From Diplonema japonicum (lineage: Eukaryota; Protista; Euglenozoa: Diplonemea), in NCBI GenBank assembly GCA_964019335.1, contig OZ025693.1, forward strand, positions 124,001-188,000: 64,000 nucleotides of DNA. The letters are read 5' to 3'. The notes beneath the pieces are model-generated. The model saw nothing but the letters and a program-made list of their open reading frames with translations. It was not told where the DNA came from and ran no database searches. A program made the position numbers and the translations under genes. Below, piece by piece: positions 35,071 through 46,665 of this stretch (position 1 is its first letter; every line of letters begins with the position of its first letter).

Positions 35071-35450
35071 GTTGGTGTGTCCTGGAAGGGTTTCAACATA
35101 GAAGCGGTATTTCTCCCTTGATTTCCTCTTGGCAGCCTCATCCCTCGCTGGGTAAGGCTGCGTAGAGAAGAAAGCAGAGAAGAAAGACGAGGTGCGGAAG
35201 GACAACTGGGTCATAGGTCCATCACCGGGAAGGATTCCACCCAGAAGAACTTGTGGAGTATTATGGCCTCTTCAGAGGCGCCTGGGAAACGGGCATCCAC
35301 GTCCTAATAGAGGGGTTCCGTTGGAAAGAAAAACAAAAAAACAAAAAAACAAAAAAAAAAAAAACCTTGGTGTAAGTGTTTATCCAGTCCCATGCCATTG
35401 TAAAAGGGCCACCCCCGTCAAGGGAGCTCAGTGGATATTGATTGTTTATC

Positions 35451-35660
35451 TTACTTCTTCGTCTTGATGTGTGTGTGCACACGAGTCCCTGTGCCTGTCA
35501 CAGCACGGTTCGGGTCATTGAACCCAGGGACAGGGATGTGATCAGCTTGCAGGCCGCAGTAACCAGTGAACGACGAAAGGCTTCCGAACTGGTCAAGGGC
35601 AAGCATCTCGTTGCTGTAGTCGGGGAGCACGTGGGAGCTGCCTGCGATGCCCTTACCCAT
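35451..35660 (-). CDS. 69-aa microprotein, family B copy 2
   Basis: Same protein; a synonymous His codon change and TAA vs TAG stop. Confidence 0.75.
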   Translation of the reverse strand: MGKGIAGSSHVLPDYSNEMLALDQFGSLSSFTGYCGLQADHIPVPGFNDPNRAVTGTGTRVHTHIKTKK

Positions 35661-35878
35661 CTTTGCTTTCTTTCTTCTTTTTTTTTTTTTTTTCCGGCTT
35701 CCCTGGAGTGGTAACATGAATCGCAACAAAGGAAGAAATATAAAGCACATCTACTTCAAACAGTACACAGTATCGACATAACGGGGGAAGGGGGGGGACG
35801 TCAGAAAGAAGAAGAAAAAAAGGACAAAAAAAAAAGAATTTTAACTAACTAAACGTTATACCACTCACTGGACTCACC

Positions 35879-38800
35879 TCACTGGGTGACGTTGTGGAAC
35901 TCTGCGGCAATGCGGCGGAAAGAGGTCACGATGGCCCCTAGCGGCGCCTCGACCACCCCACGTGCCCCTGCATGGATCAATGCTCTGGGTGGAGTACCTA
36001 CTTGTGAAATGTATGTCGTGGGGTGCAACTTGAGTGGGCCTTCACTGTCCCCAGACAACACAAGAATTGCATCCAGGAGAGATGCCCCTCCGGTCAGGGA
36101 AATAGGTGCGCTCAACAACTCAAGAGCGAGCTTCACGTCGGCGTTCATGACGATGTTTATCTCCCTTTTGATAAGCTTGAATAACCGCCTGCTCTTCTTG
36201 ATGCCCTCCGTGCCCCCCAATCGTGGTGATGCCATGGGTGTGGTGTCGATGCCTTCTGTTGGCTTAAACGTCGCTCGCTTCCTCTCCACGGAGTGCTGCC
36301 GCAAGGGTGTTGCGGGTTCGGGTGGTGGGTCTTGCTTCGCGGCTAAAGGGATCTTCTTCTTGACCACCTCCACCACGTCACGGGTGGACTTTGGTGGCGT
36401 CCTTGCCTCCGTCTTCCGCATCAGCTCTTGCATGGTCTTTGAAGGTGCCGTCCTTGGAACAGAGTACTTCGTTCCGCGTTCATACAGCACAGGCCCGCGT
36501 AGTACTGCGGGGAAATTGTTTTCATGTTTCCGTGTCCTCCGCAAAGGGCGCTTGATTACAGCCGCCCGTATGCCCCATTTGTGGGGCGCGATGCACACTT
36601 CACGAAGTACCTCGACGGAGCTGGGGTCTTGTTTTAGGTCCCGTGCGATGGCACGCTGCAGGGCGACTCTGTTCACGCTCTCGCATTCGACCACAAGGTC
36701 ATACACATCAGATCCCTCAGGCGGTGCAGGCATGACAGGCGGCTTGGCTTTGACCCGTGGCATCTTCGTGTACATGCCGCCCTTCCCCAGGACGCTCATC
36801 TCAAGTTCCCTCCGCTCCTTCTTCCCCATCACGATCACTATCTCGCCCTCGCCCAGCTCCACCCTGTCGCGCTCCCTCTCCATCACGTTGCTGTTTCCCT
36901 CCCACAAGCTTTGTGTGTAGTCCTCGTTCAGCACCATCAAGCCCTCACGGGTGCCTGTGATTACCACTTCTTTTCCAGACTCGAGTTTTCCAGGAGTAAC
37001 AAACAGGATGGAGATTGTCTCTTCATCCTGAGCATCTACATGTTTCTGTGCGGCAGGCGCCGCTCGTTTTGTATGTTTCTTATCCTCGACCGGTTGTTCG
37101 GGTCTTTCGTCGGTTCTTTGCTGGTCTTGGTGGGGCTGCTTCTGCTCGAGGTCCTTTGCCCGAACGAGGGTGTTGCTATTGTCATTGGCGCTCCTATTGG
37201 TGTCGGTCTGCAGCTTCTGCGGCACCGTAGTGTTGTGTCCCTTCACAGGTGACGGCGTAGAGGGAGCAGGCGGTGAGGGTGCTGCCTGTTCCTCAGCAGA
37301 TTCCTGCACGCCTTCTATGAAGCCCTCCACGCTGGGTATAACCTCCGCGTCGGTCCGTTTGACGGAGAGCGGCGACGACGGCTCGGTGTGGCTGCCCCCA
37401 GAGCTGTCGCTTGGGGGCAGCAGCTGGGGTTTCGAGGCGAGCAACTCGAGATACTCCAACAGCTGTTCGTTTTCGATGTGCTTCCTGTTGACGCTCTCAC
37501 GCTTGCACACTTCGTCGGCAAGTTCAGCAAACACCTTCTGCGCCACGATCAAGCTGGCGAGGAGAGCGAGAACACCGACAGTCGCAGAAGCTTCTGTTCG
37601 CTCGTCTCGAGGGATATAATAAGAAGGGAAGAGGGGTTCCTTGCCGTAGGTCTGGAACAACGTGTTAAGGATGGCAGGGTTTCCGTCGATAGCTTTGGGG
37701 ATCTCAGGCAGGAGGTTCGGGCTGTGCACAGTGTAGTAAATTTCGACCCTGTCCCACAGCTGCGGAGGGGTACGTCGGGTCCAGCCTTGCGGTGAGGAAC
37801 CTAAGGGGTAGAAAACATGCGAGACTGCAGAAAGACCACGCTGCCGCACAGGAGGGAGCTCCTCCGCTGCCTGCGCGGTAACGACAACGATCCCAGTCTG
37901 CCTGCCCAACAGCTTGATGGGCACCTCCCATGTATGCTCTGTCATATCGTCTATGCTGACATCGGCCTTACCGATGGTGTCCTCAGTGCAGAAGGGATCC
38001 ATGTTGCAGATAGACAGCTTCATAGTGGTGGGGAGGGACACTTTCTTGAACTGGAAGCACTCATTCCAGACAGGTGCTAGCTGTTTCTTTTGATGCCTTG
38101 TGCGCCTGACTTCACTACCGATATCAACTGCTGCGTAGGAGTCAGCAGTGCCACCTTCAACAACAAGCCCCCTTGCTCGAACTACAGTCACAGACAGCGT
38201 TAACGGCTGGGTGGGTTCTTTCTTAGAGACAGGAGGCTTCGGAGGGTCCTTCGATAACCCTTGCTCAGGAGGTGGTGGCGGTGGCGGTGGGAGGCTTTGA
38301 CCTTGAGGTGGCGGGGTTACCACAACTTCTGGGGCTTCGCTTGTTTCCTTCCTTGCCTTCATTATCTTGCTGAAGGCGCTGTCCTCTTTTCTGCTTTTTT
38401 CCTCTGCTTCCAGTCTCGCTTTTCTTTCCGCTTCTTTTTTTTTCCTCTTCTCTTCGAGTTCTCTCCGTTTTGCCTCTTCCGCTTTTTTCTTCTCTTCTTT
38501 CTTCCGTTTCTCCTCTTCTTTCTTCCGTTTCTCCTCTTCCGCGTGTTTCTTTTCCTCCTCTTTGCGGCGCTGCTCCTCCTTTTCCTCTTTTTCGCGCTTC
38601 TTTTTTTCTTCGTTTTGTTTTGCTCGTTCTGCCTCTTCCTCCTGAGCTTGCTTCTTTTTCCGTTCTTCCTCTTCCCGGGCAAGGCGTTCTTGCAGTTCCT
38701 TTTCCTTTTTTTTCTCTTCTAAAACCCGCAATCTTTCCTGCTCGTCCTCTTCTTTTTTCTTCGCCTCCTGCATTTTCTTCTCTGCCTCAGCAAGTCTCTC

Positions 38801-40336
38801 CTCAGCGGCGCGTTTGGCAGCGTCCCGTTCCTCTTGTTCAGCTTTTTCCTTAGCGACGGCTCCTTCATGTTCCTGGGTGAGCCGTTGCAAGAGAACGCCC
38901 TCCCGCCCAACATGTTCCCGAAGCAATCCGTCGGGAGCTACACCAGGCTGCATGACGCTCAACAATGCGATGATCAGATCCTTGATTTCAGTTCTGCTGT
39001 AAAGATGCAACGCGGCAGACCCAGGCAGGGTGAAGTCACAGACGTCGAAATCGTAACAAAAACACAAAACACCTTCGGGATCGGGGTACACGGCCAACAC
39101 GAGAAACGGCGGGATTTGAGCAGACCGAGGAGGGAACGGAAGCGATGAAACGAGATGCCGACCGCGAGGCAAAGGGAAACCGGGGCCTTCATAACATCCT
39201 GCGGGGTAAATAGAGATCTCCAAGGGGGCAAGCCCGAGAGTGAATGTTTCCTTGCTCTGACACGCGAGAGCGATGTCGCGCGTCTCGAACACTTGAAGCC
39301 CATCAAGGAGAACAATACGGTGACCTGTGAAGGGGTTCATCCCAGCACGCTCCCCAACAGAACCCGCCACGACCTCGTTCACAACCATTGTGTCGTCTAC
39401 ATACACACCAAGACGTTCTCCAGCAGGGGTCAGCGAGACGTACGACAATGGTTTTCTTGAGAACGTAAGAACAGATTGACTCCCGTCGTCCCTCGTTTGA
39501 ACGCACCAGCCAATGAATGAAGGAAGCCCGATTTCGTGAAACTCTGATATGGCAGGGTGAACATTGACAAGAAGACCGTCGACAACCACCACACCTTTTG
39601 TCGTCGAAACCGCCAACACATAAATATGATGCGGTGGAGGTGAAAGAGGAGCTAAAACCGCCACGTTGACATTCGAAATATTTGGTTCTGATTTTTTATC
39701 AAGCTGCCATGAGGTGTCAATCAGTTTTGCCTCGTAGCCCAGCACGTGTTTCAGATACGGGTTGTTCGGGGGGGTTGTTACAATTCCCAACGGGCTGAGC
39801 TGCATTCCGGTAATTTCATTTTTCGACAATTTGTGCGCGGGGTACCAGAAAGGCGGCGGGAAAAATCTCAGCTTCACAACCTCTTCCCGTAGAAATCGTT
39901 TGATCACGCTGAGGCTGTTTACAAAGGTACCGTTAACTGTTACGACTTGGAAGCCCAGTAAAGGGGGGCAGCCTGCTTTTATTGCAGGGCCCTTTGTTTC
40001 CATGAGCCTCAAATTGTCTTGGTGGATAGTAGTTCCCAAGCTTTCAGAGGGGGATTTTGTGATGGTAACTTCTACGCTGTACTTCAGAGCTACTTTCCCC
40101 CATGTGTCTTGGAGCATTTCGGTGCCATCTTTTCCCTTTGAGACTTCTATGTTGTACACCCTTGCTAGCCTCTTGCACTCTGCTGCGGCATCGATTGACC
40201 CTAGCACCGAGGAGCTTTCGAGATTCACATTTCCGCCGAGTTCCTTGCAGACACTTATCACATCGTTCAAAAGGTGCAACCGCCCTACTCGTTGTGCGTA
40301 CAGCCTCCTGACGTTCTGTATTACCTCGGGTTCCAT
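35879..40336 (-). CDS. 1485-aa protein: degenerate PDZ-like domains, E/K/R coiled coil, C2 domain
   Basis: GERLGVYV..VVAGSVGERAGM PDZ-like; LSVTVVRARGL..DSY..PVWNECFQF..DTIG C2 pattern. Confidence 0.8.
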   Translation of the reverse strand: MEPEVIQNVRRLYAQRVGRLHLLNDVISVCKELGGNVNLESSSVLGSIDAAAECKRLARVYNIEVSKGKDGTEMLQDTWGKVALKYSVEVTITKSPSESLGTTIHQDNLRLMETKGPAIKAGCPPLLGFQVVTVNGTFVNSLSVIKRFLREEVVKLRFFPPPFWYPAHKLSKNEITGMQLSPLGIVTTPPNNPYLKHVLGYEAKLIDTSWQLDKKSEPNISNVNVAVLAPLSPPPHHIYVLAVSTTKGVVVVDGLLVNVHPAISEFHEIGLPSFIGWCVQTRDDGSQSVLTFSRKPLSYVSLTPAGERLGVYVDDTMVVNEVVAGSVGERAGMNPFTGHRIVLLDGLQVFETRDIALACQSKETFTLGLAPLEISIYPAGCYEGPGFPLPRGRHLVSSLPFPPRSAQIPPFLVLAVYPDPEGVLCFCYDFDVCDFTLPGSAALHLYSRTEIKDLIIALLSVMQPGVAPDGLLREHVGREGVLLQRLTQEHEGAVAKEKAEQEERDAAKRAAEERLAEAEKKMQEAKKKEEDEQERLRVLEEKKKEKELQERLAREEEERKKKQAQEEEAERAKQNEEKKKREKEEKEEQRRKEEEKKHAEEEKRKKEEEKRKKEEKKKAEEAKRRELEEKRKKKEAERKARLEAEEKSRKEDSAFSKIMKARKETSEAPEVVVTPPPQGQSLPPPPPPPPEQGLSKDPPKPPVSKKEPTQPLTLSVTVVRARGLVVEGGTADSYAAVDIGSEVRRTRHQKKQLAPVWNECFQFKKVSLPTTMKLSICNMDPFCTEDTIGKADVSIDDMTEHTWEVPIKLLGRQTGIVVVTAQAAEELPPVRQRGLSAVSHVFYPLGSSPQGWTRRTPPQLWDRVEIYYTVHSPNLLPEIPKAIDGNPAILNTLFQTYGKEPLFPSYYIPRDERTEASATVGVLALLASLIVAQKVFAELADEVCKRESVNRKHIENEQLLEYLELLASKPQLLPPSDSSGGSHTEPSSPLSVKRTDAEVIPSVEGFIEGVQESAEEQAAPSPPAPSTPSPVKGHNTTVPQKLQTDTNRSANDNSNTLVRAKDLEQKQPHQDQQRTDERPEQPVEDKKHTKRAAPAAQKHVDAQDEETISILFVTPGKLESGKEVVITGTREGLMVLNEDYTQSLWEGNSNVMERERDRVELGEGEIVIVMGKKERRELEMSVLGKGGMYTKMPRVKAKPPVMPAPPEGSDVYDLVVECESVNRVALQRAIARDLKQDPSSVEVLREVCIAPHKWGIRAAVIKRPLRRTRKHENNFPAVLRGPVLYERGTKYSVPRTAPSKTMQELMRKTEARTPPKSTRDVVEVVKKKIPLAAKQDPPPEPATPLRQHSVERKRATFKPTEGIDTTPMASPRLGGTEGIKKSRRLFKLIKREINIVMNADVKLALELLSAPISLTGGASLLDAILVLSGDSEGPLKLHPTTYISQVGTPPRALIHAGARGVVEAPLGAIVTSFRRIAAEFHNVTQ

Positions 40337-40812
40337 TTCCCCCCCCCCTTTTTTTTAAATCACTGGGAGAAACAATGGAATATGGAATAGAGGAAGGGGG
40401 GGAAAAAAAGAAGAAGGGGGAGGGGGAAACTTTACAATTTTTTTTTTTTAAAAAAAAGAAAAAAAAATGAAGGGGAAAAGAAAAGAAAAAAAAAAAATAC
40501 AATATGGTAAAATTTGTCGTTTTTTTTTTTTTTTTTTTTTTTCCTGCTCGAGTAAGGGGGTGAAAACAAAAGCAAAGGTCAGGAGGAAAAAAAAAAGAGA
40601 AAAAAAAAAAGAAAACCTGCAGAGGTAAATCCTTTACTCGGCACAATAAAAGTTGTTATCATTTTTTTTTTTTTTTAAACCATATTGCATTTCGAAAAAA
40701 GAAGAAGAATTTAAAAAAAAAAAATATTTTGCTATTTCTTTTCTTTTTTTTTTTTTTTTTTTTTGTATTCACATCAACATAAACAACAAAACTCAAAACA
40801 CGAATTTGAAGG

Positions 40813-40846
<34 letters not shown>

Positions 40847-40889
40847 CACTATTGAAGAAAACATAGCGCGCGCACACCCCGAGAAACTT

Positions 40890-41087
40890 CTAAGCACTCT
40901 CGCTCTGCTTCTTTCTGAGGAAGGCCACCATGTGCTTTTTGAAATCTTCCGGCTGTTCTGTCACGAGTTCTCTGTGTTTAAATTTAAATTATTTTATCTC
41001 AAACCTGCACAGCTCGTCTAGCAAATAATGGATGTTTTTGCTCTCGATGTACCTGGTTTCTTCGACACCGTAGGCGGTACCCGTCAT
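40890..41087 (-). CDS. 54-aa RIIa/DPY-30-like dimerisation-docking domain protein (1 intron)
   Basis: MTGTAYGVEETRYIESKNIHYLLDELC|RELVTEQPEDFKKHMVAFLRKKQSESA*; YL..I..LL..L...L....PED pattern. Confidence 0.75.
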
Positions 41088-41616
41088 TGTGGCTTCTTTT
41101 TTTTCCCCCTCTCTTTTTGTGTGCTTCAAAGCGAAATAAAAAGGGGGGGTATGAAGAAATAAGAAAGGGGGAACAAAAAAATATTTATGGGAAAAAAAAA
41201 AGAAAAAAATTGGTATTGTAAACCGGGGGCGGGGGGGGGGGGGGGGGAACTTATTGGCCACTCCTTTTCTGCATCGTCGGTTAGAATATGCCATGGTGGC
41301 ATCCTTTCTATTTTCTTTTTTTTTTTTTTTTACCAGTTATAATCTAACACAAAAAAAAAGGGAAAAGCAACAGCGAAAATTTGCAGTAAGACTTTAAGCC
41401 CAGACGATTACGAGAAAAAGAGGATTTTATTCTTTTTCGGTTTACAGTTGAAGAACCAAGAAGAAGAAGAAGAAGAAGAAGAAAAAAGAAAAAGAACTGG
41501 CTGCATGTTAAACCTGGAAAGTTTGTAAGAAATCACCGGGAATAAAAAAAAAAAAAAAAAAAACAATAACAACAACATCACGTATTCCTTTCCTTCTTTG
41601 TTTAAAACAAGTCAAC

Positions 41617-41648
<32 letters not shown>

Positions 41649-42315
41649 CCCCCGAAGAAAATTAAAAAAAGAAGGGGCCGGCTCATTTTTTTGTGTTGTG
41701 CAAAAAAAAGAGATGAGATAAAGGAGGTTCCTGTTTTGGAACGTCCCCCTTGTCTCTCAAAGCCGCCCCCCTTTTTTTTTTTAAACCCAAAGTAAAGAAG
41801 CAAGCCAAACAAAAAAAGCTAGCCCCCCCTTTTTTTTTCCATATGCAACAAAACAAATTCTCTTCAAAAAAAAATGTAATCTTAAGTGAAAAGAGGTAAA
41901 ATAAAAAAGTGTGGGGGTGGATAATAAAAAGGAGGGGAGGGGGGGATGGGTAAAAAAAAAATAATAAATGGCGGGGAGGGAAAAAAATTTTTTTTTGTTT
42001 TTTTTTTTCCCCACCCTCTAAAAGGCTCCCCACTTAAGTAACTCCCGAAAGGAAAATCACAAACCACGTGGGAACCAAAGTTCTCCTTTTTTCCACCGTC
42101 CCTCCTCCCCCCTTTTGCTTCCTTCTTTTTTGCTGCGCAGTTAAAAGGTTCATTTTACTTCTTTTTTTTTTTTAAACTTTTCTTTTCTTCGTTCTTGCAT
42201 TGAAAAAAAAAGGGGGAGCAGGGTGGCTTGCAGTGAGAGATCGGTATGCTTCAGACCACCTCCACTCTCCCCTTTTCTCTCTTTGAAACCAAGACCTTCC
42301 TTTTTCATGAGGAGG

Positions 42316-42353
<38 letters not shown>

Positions 42354-42986
42354 GTTTCTTCACAGAGAGAAGTACGTGAAGAGAAAAAAAAAAAAAAGAA
42401 CAAGACTCTAACAAAAAAAAAAAAAAAAAAAAAAAAAAACATCAAATTCTTTTTGCCTCTCCCCACTCCCTTTTTTTTCCCACCCCACCGGTGTTCGCAC
42501 GCTCTTTCACTTCCCACTCCTTTTTTTATTTCCCGAAGCGCAATTATTTCAATAAATCTAATTATGTGGGGGGGGGGGGGGGGGGGGTGTGGCAGAAGAA
42601 AAAAAAACAATAAAACAGGCCGTCTTGAGCAAAAAAAAAGGGGGGGAATATGCACCCCCTCCTTAGCTTTTTTTTCTCCTTCTTATTTCTTCTTTTCCTG
42701 ATGCGTAGGTTGTTTATACCGAAAAAAAAGGGGGGCAACTGAAAAAATGGAGGGGAAAAGAAGAAGAAAAAACACCCCTTTTTTATATTTTTCTTTTTTT
42801 AAGGGAGTGGGCGGAACAAGGAAATAAAAAAAAAAAAAAAAAAAAACAAAAGAATTTGCAAGGTATATAAAATCAAAAAAAAAGATGTAAAAAAAAAAAA
42901 AATAATAATAATAAAGAAAAAGAGAAAGAAAAAAAAAACTTCTAAAAGGTGAAAACGACAGAAAAACCGAAGGGACGGGAAGTGAG

Positions 42987-43026
<40 letters not shown>

Positions 43027-43302
43027 AAGAAAGCACAGAGTGGGAAAAGGGGAAAAAGATCACGGGAAGACAACAGTGGGGCTAGGAAAAACTCTCTTCT
43101 TCTTCTTCTTCTTCTTTTTTTTTTTTTTTTTTTTTTTTTTTCGAAATAACGTAAAAGAAAAGTTTTTTTTTATTACTTACCTAAAGCGCCCCCCCTATAT
43201 ATTTCTTTTTTCTTCCCCCTCTTTTTTTTCTTTGCTCAAAGAGTAATTATGGTACATAAAAAAGAGGGGAAAAAAAAAAAAAAAAAAAAAAAAAACCTAT
43301 TT

Positions 43303-43382
43303 TCATGACAAATTGGGAGGATCAATGAACCTAGTTTTGTAGCCTTCCACGCTTGAAGAAATACCATTTGGGATCCCGATTC

Positions 43383-43414
<32 letters not shown>

Positions 43415-44667
43415 CATTTTCCCGCCATACTCTGGTATTTGGACACTGTTATCGACAAACCAATTCCTGAGCAAGAGCTTCAGCGAAGGGGGCGGGAGGG
43501 GAAACTCGAAAGAGTCGTTCATGAAAACACCCCTGAACCGCCCCCCAAAAAGCACAAGCTTGTTGTCCACCACAATAGTGGTGTGGCATTCGCGGCGGCA
43601 GGGAAGGCTCGCGTCGTTCTCATCATTGTCGTGAATCACACGAATCTTATTGGTATCAAGGTTATACATGCAGAGATCGTTAAGCTTCTTCTTGCCACTC
43701 CATCCCCCAAAGATGACAATTGAATCTCCGTGTATGACTGCACTATGTCTTGCTCTCATAAGTAAAGAGTGCGTACAATCTAGCCTTCTCCACACCCTCG
43801 CCTCAAGGTGAAATTCATGGAAATCTTCGCAGCAATGGCCTTCCCCGTCTCGTCCCCCGAAAACGAGCATTTTCTTCCCATATACAACACTGGTGTGTGC
43901 GGATCTGCTTGAAGGCGGTGTTCCGGAGGCCTTTACTTCGCTCCACATCGACGTCGCAAAATTGTATTCAAACATGTCGGCCAGCCTTCTATTACTGTTC
44001 CTTCCACCGCACTTTCCTCCGAAAACGAGCATGCTTCCCTTGTAGGTTATGGCTGTGTGGCAGTACCGCGACTGCGGTTTTTCTCCTTTTTTTTGGGGGG
44101 GGAATAATTTTTCTTTTTTTTTTTTTTTTTTTTTACCTTTTGTCACTGCTGTGTCGCAGCATCCCGTCGCGGTTGATATCATGTTGATGGCGTCAAATCG
44201 ACCTTTGCCGTTGCAGCCTCCGAAAATGATGACCTTATCCTGTTGATTTTTTTTTTTTTTTTTTTTTAAATACAACACCTGATAACAAACTGCAGAGTGG
44301 AATGCTCGAGGTATGGGCCGTTCCCCTGAAAGCGGGATTTCACTCCATACTTTTTTATGAAAATCGTATCTGGTTTTTTTTTTTTTTTTTTTTTTTTTTT
44401 GGGAATAAAAAAAAAAAAAAAAAACCTGAAAAAATCGTCAAGGTACGTGCCCTTGTTCCCTGATTCTACCGTTTCATTCACGCCTCCCCACAGGTACAAG
44501 TTGCCCTCCCCGTCGTCACATATACTGTGACCGATACGGCCAAGAGGGATCACCCCTGTGCTCTTTATTTCCCTCCATTTCCGTTTTTCCTCGTCGGGAC
44601 CAGAGGGATATTCAACACTAAGACCGTTCCCGTTCGCGGGGCGCTCCCACCGCGTGTGCTGCGCCAT
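43303..44667 (-). CDS. Kelch-repeat beta-propeller protein with SOCS-box-like C-terminus, 4 introns
   Basis: Six RxxHS/T..FGG repeats; spliced tail PPPSLKLLLRNWF..IPE|IGIPNGISSSV. Confidence 0.85.
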
Positions 44668-44759
44668 ATGTATTTTTTTTTTTTTTTTCTTTCCACCTCC
44701 CCTCTTCTTTTTTCTTTTTTTTTTTTAGTAACAAAATAATCAAAAAGAAAAGGGGGGCT

Positions 44760-44793
<34 letters not shown>

Positions 44794-44794
<1 letters not shown>

Positions 44795-46227
44795 CAAAAG
44801 AGCAGCTTTGATCCGTGCACATCATCCTTCGAGAAGGGCAGTTTGATATTCGCTGCATCGTGGTATGCATCGACCAACGAGTTCACATTCTCATAAGCTT
44901 CAGTTATCTCTTCTTGTTCAATGTACTCAGTGTAGTGGTGAAGGTGTGCCCCAACAGAATAAAGTTTGACAAACGAATCTTTAATAGCCTGTATAGAGTG
45001 GGTTATTGACGTGGTGTTGGTGAGAGATAGCAGCGATGTCGGGATCTCGCAGGCAGGAACGGAGCACATCCCCACCTTGAAACCCTCAGTGTTCCATGAG
45101 GGAAGAGACAGATTTTTACGAAGTTTCTCAATATTCGCGGTTGCATCAGAAAGCGTAACATCTCCGCGGAGTAACATACAAGAAGCAAAATAAGTGGGTT
45201 TTACAGTACCGGTGGATAAAAGCTGGCAACGCCTGTCAAAAGTATCACGAAAAAGCTCACCGACCCGCCTCGTCCCGCTTGAAGTACTCAGCTTGCTAAC
45301 GACGATAGGAGCAACAGACGAATGCAGAAAATGTAACCTTGGAAACGGCACCAAATTAGTGGTTATCTCGTTTAAGTCCACGTTCAGCGAACCGGGAAAT
45401 CTCATTGATGCGGTTAAATGCGTCAGCATGCTTGCGACTATATAGTTCATTGACTCAAATGCTTCACCTCCTTTACGATCGGACTTCGACTTTGCTTGCA
45501 CGACGGACGGCTCGGAAATACCGTACGCGCGAGAGAATTTATTTCGTTGCGGTGATTTTGAAATGTCCACAATCTCCGAAAGCTGTGAATTGTCAACAGG
45601 TATGACGCAATCCGCATGGTCTATCAGCTTGGACAATGATAAAATGGAATTGTACGGGGAGGTTATTACATCGTCGTTTCGTTGGGGGAACACTGCAGAA
45701 ACAAATCTGTAAGTAGATGGGTACTCGTCTTCGAGCTCTGTTAGTAAACGGGTTCCAAAGCCGCTTCCGGTACCGCCGCCTAGGGAGTGTAACAGAAGGA
45801 AGGTTTGAAGGGAGTCGCAGTTTTCTGTGTGTTTGCGGACTTTTTCCATGACCTCTGGTCCGCATTCTGTGCCGTATACCTCGTGGCCTACCGCCCAGTT
45901 GTTCCCGCAGCCGGATTGGTTTGCTATCATTTGTTGCCTGTCGAACAGCGTTTTCAGGTTGCCTTTGAGCAAGCCGTTCAGAACGCCCTCCTCCATGTCT
46001 ATGGGTACGGCCCTTGCCTTGACCTTGTCTACGGTGACCTCGTCGTCTTGTTCGCTGTAGAAAAAGCTGCTCATTGCATCGTCGATTTTTAGTTTTTTTT
46101 GGTCGGGTGCACGCTTGGTGCCGTCCCCTCGCCATTTCAAATGCTCCTGCAGGGCCAGGTCCCAGAACTTGCACCCGACTTGGTTCCCGCATTGGCCGAC
46201 CTGCAAACATACTAGTTCGCGTGGCAT
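44794..46227 (-). CDS. TUBE1: Epsilon-tubulin
   Basis: MPRELVCLQVGQCGNQ, IDMEEGV, GNNWAVGH, GGGTGSG, DDVITSPYN, HLHHYTEY. Confidence 0.95.
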
Positions 46228-46619
46228 TTTTTTTTTTTTTTTACCCCTTCTTTCTCCCGTCAGGAATAAACATTATGGAATTATAAAAAAAAAAAAAAAA
46301 AAAACAATTTATATGAATATATATGTTTATATGAGTTAAAAGGAAAATATAACAAAACAAAAAAATGGGGGGTGGCCCACCTGGAAAGGAGGTTCTCGTT
46401 TTCTGTGTGTTCCCCCCCCCCCCCCCCCCCCCTTTCTTGCAAGAAGGGGAACGTTGACAAACGTGTTTCGGGTTGACAAACTTCTCCAGGTTTTACCCGG
46501 CACGTACAAAACAACGGCCAGTCTCTCTTTTTTTTTTTTTTTTTTTTGTTTTGTTCTCTTTCGTGTATTCCCGAAAAACTTCCCTTACTATCGATCGTCT
46601 TTTTTGGGGGGGGATGGGG

Positions 46620-46658
<39 letters not shown>

Positions 46659-46665
46659 ACCTCCA

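Noticed and set aside
35427-35454. Possible 28-nt intron extending the 69-aa gene
   Set aside because: The other copy has TAG at the same position and diverges right after it, supporting a true stop
41300-43300. Many poly-Lys/poly-Phe ORFs here and in other spacers
   Set aside because: Translations of A/T homopolymer tracts with no coding signal
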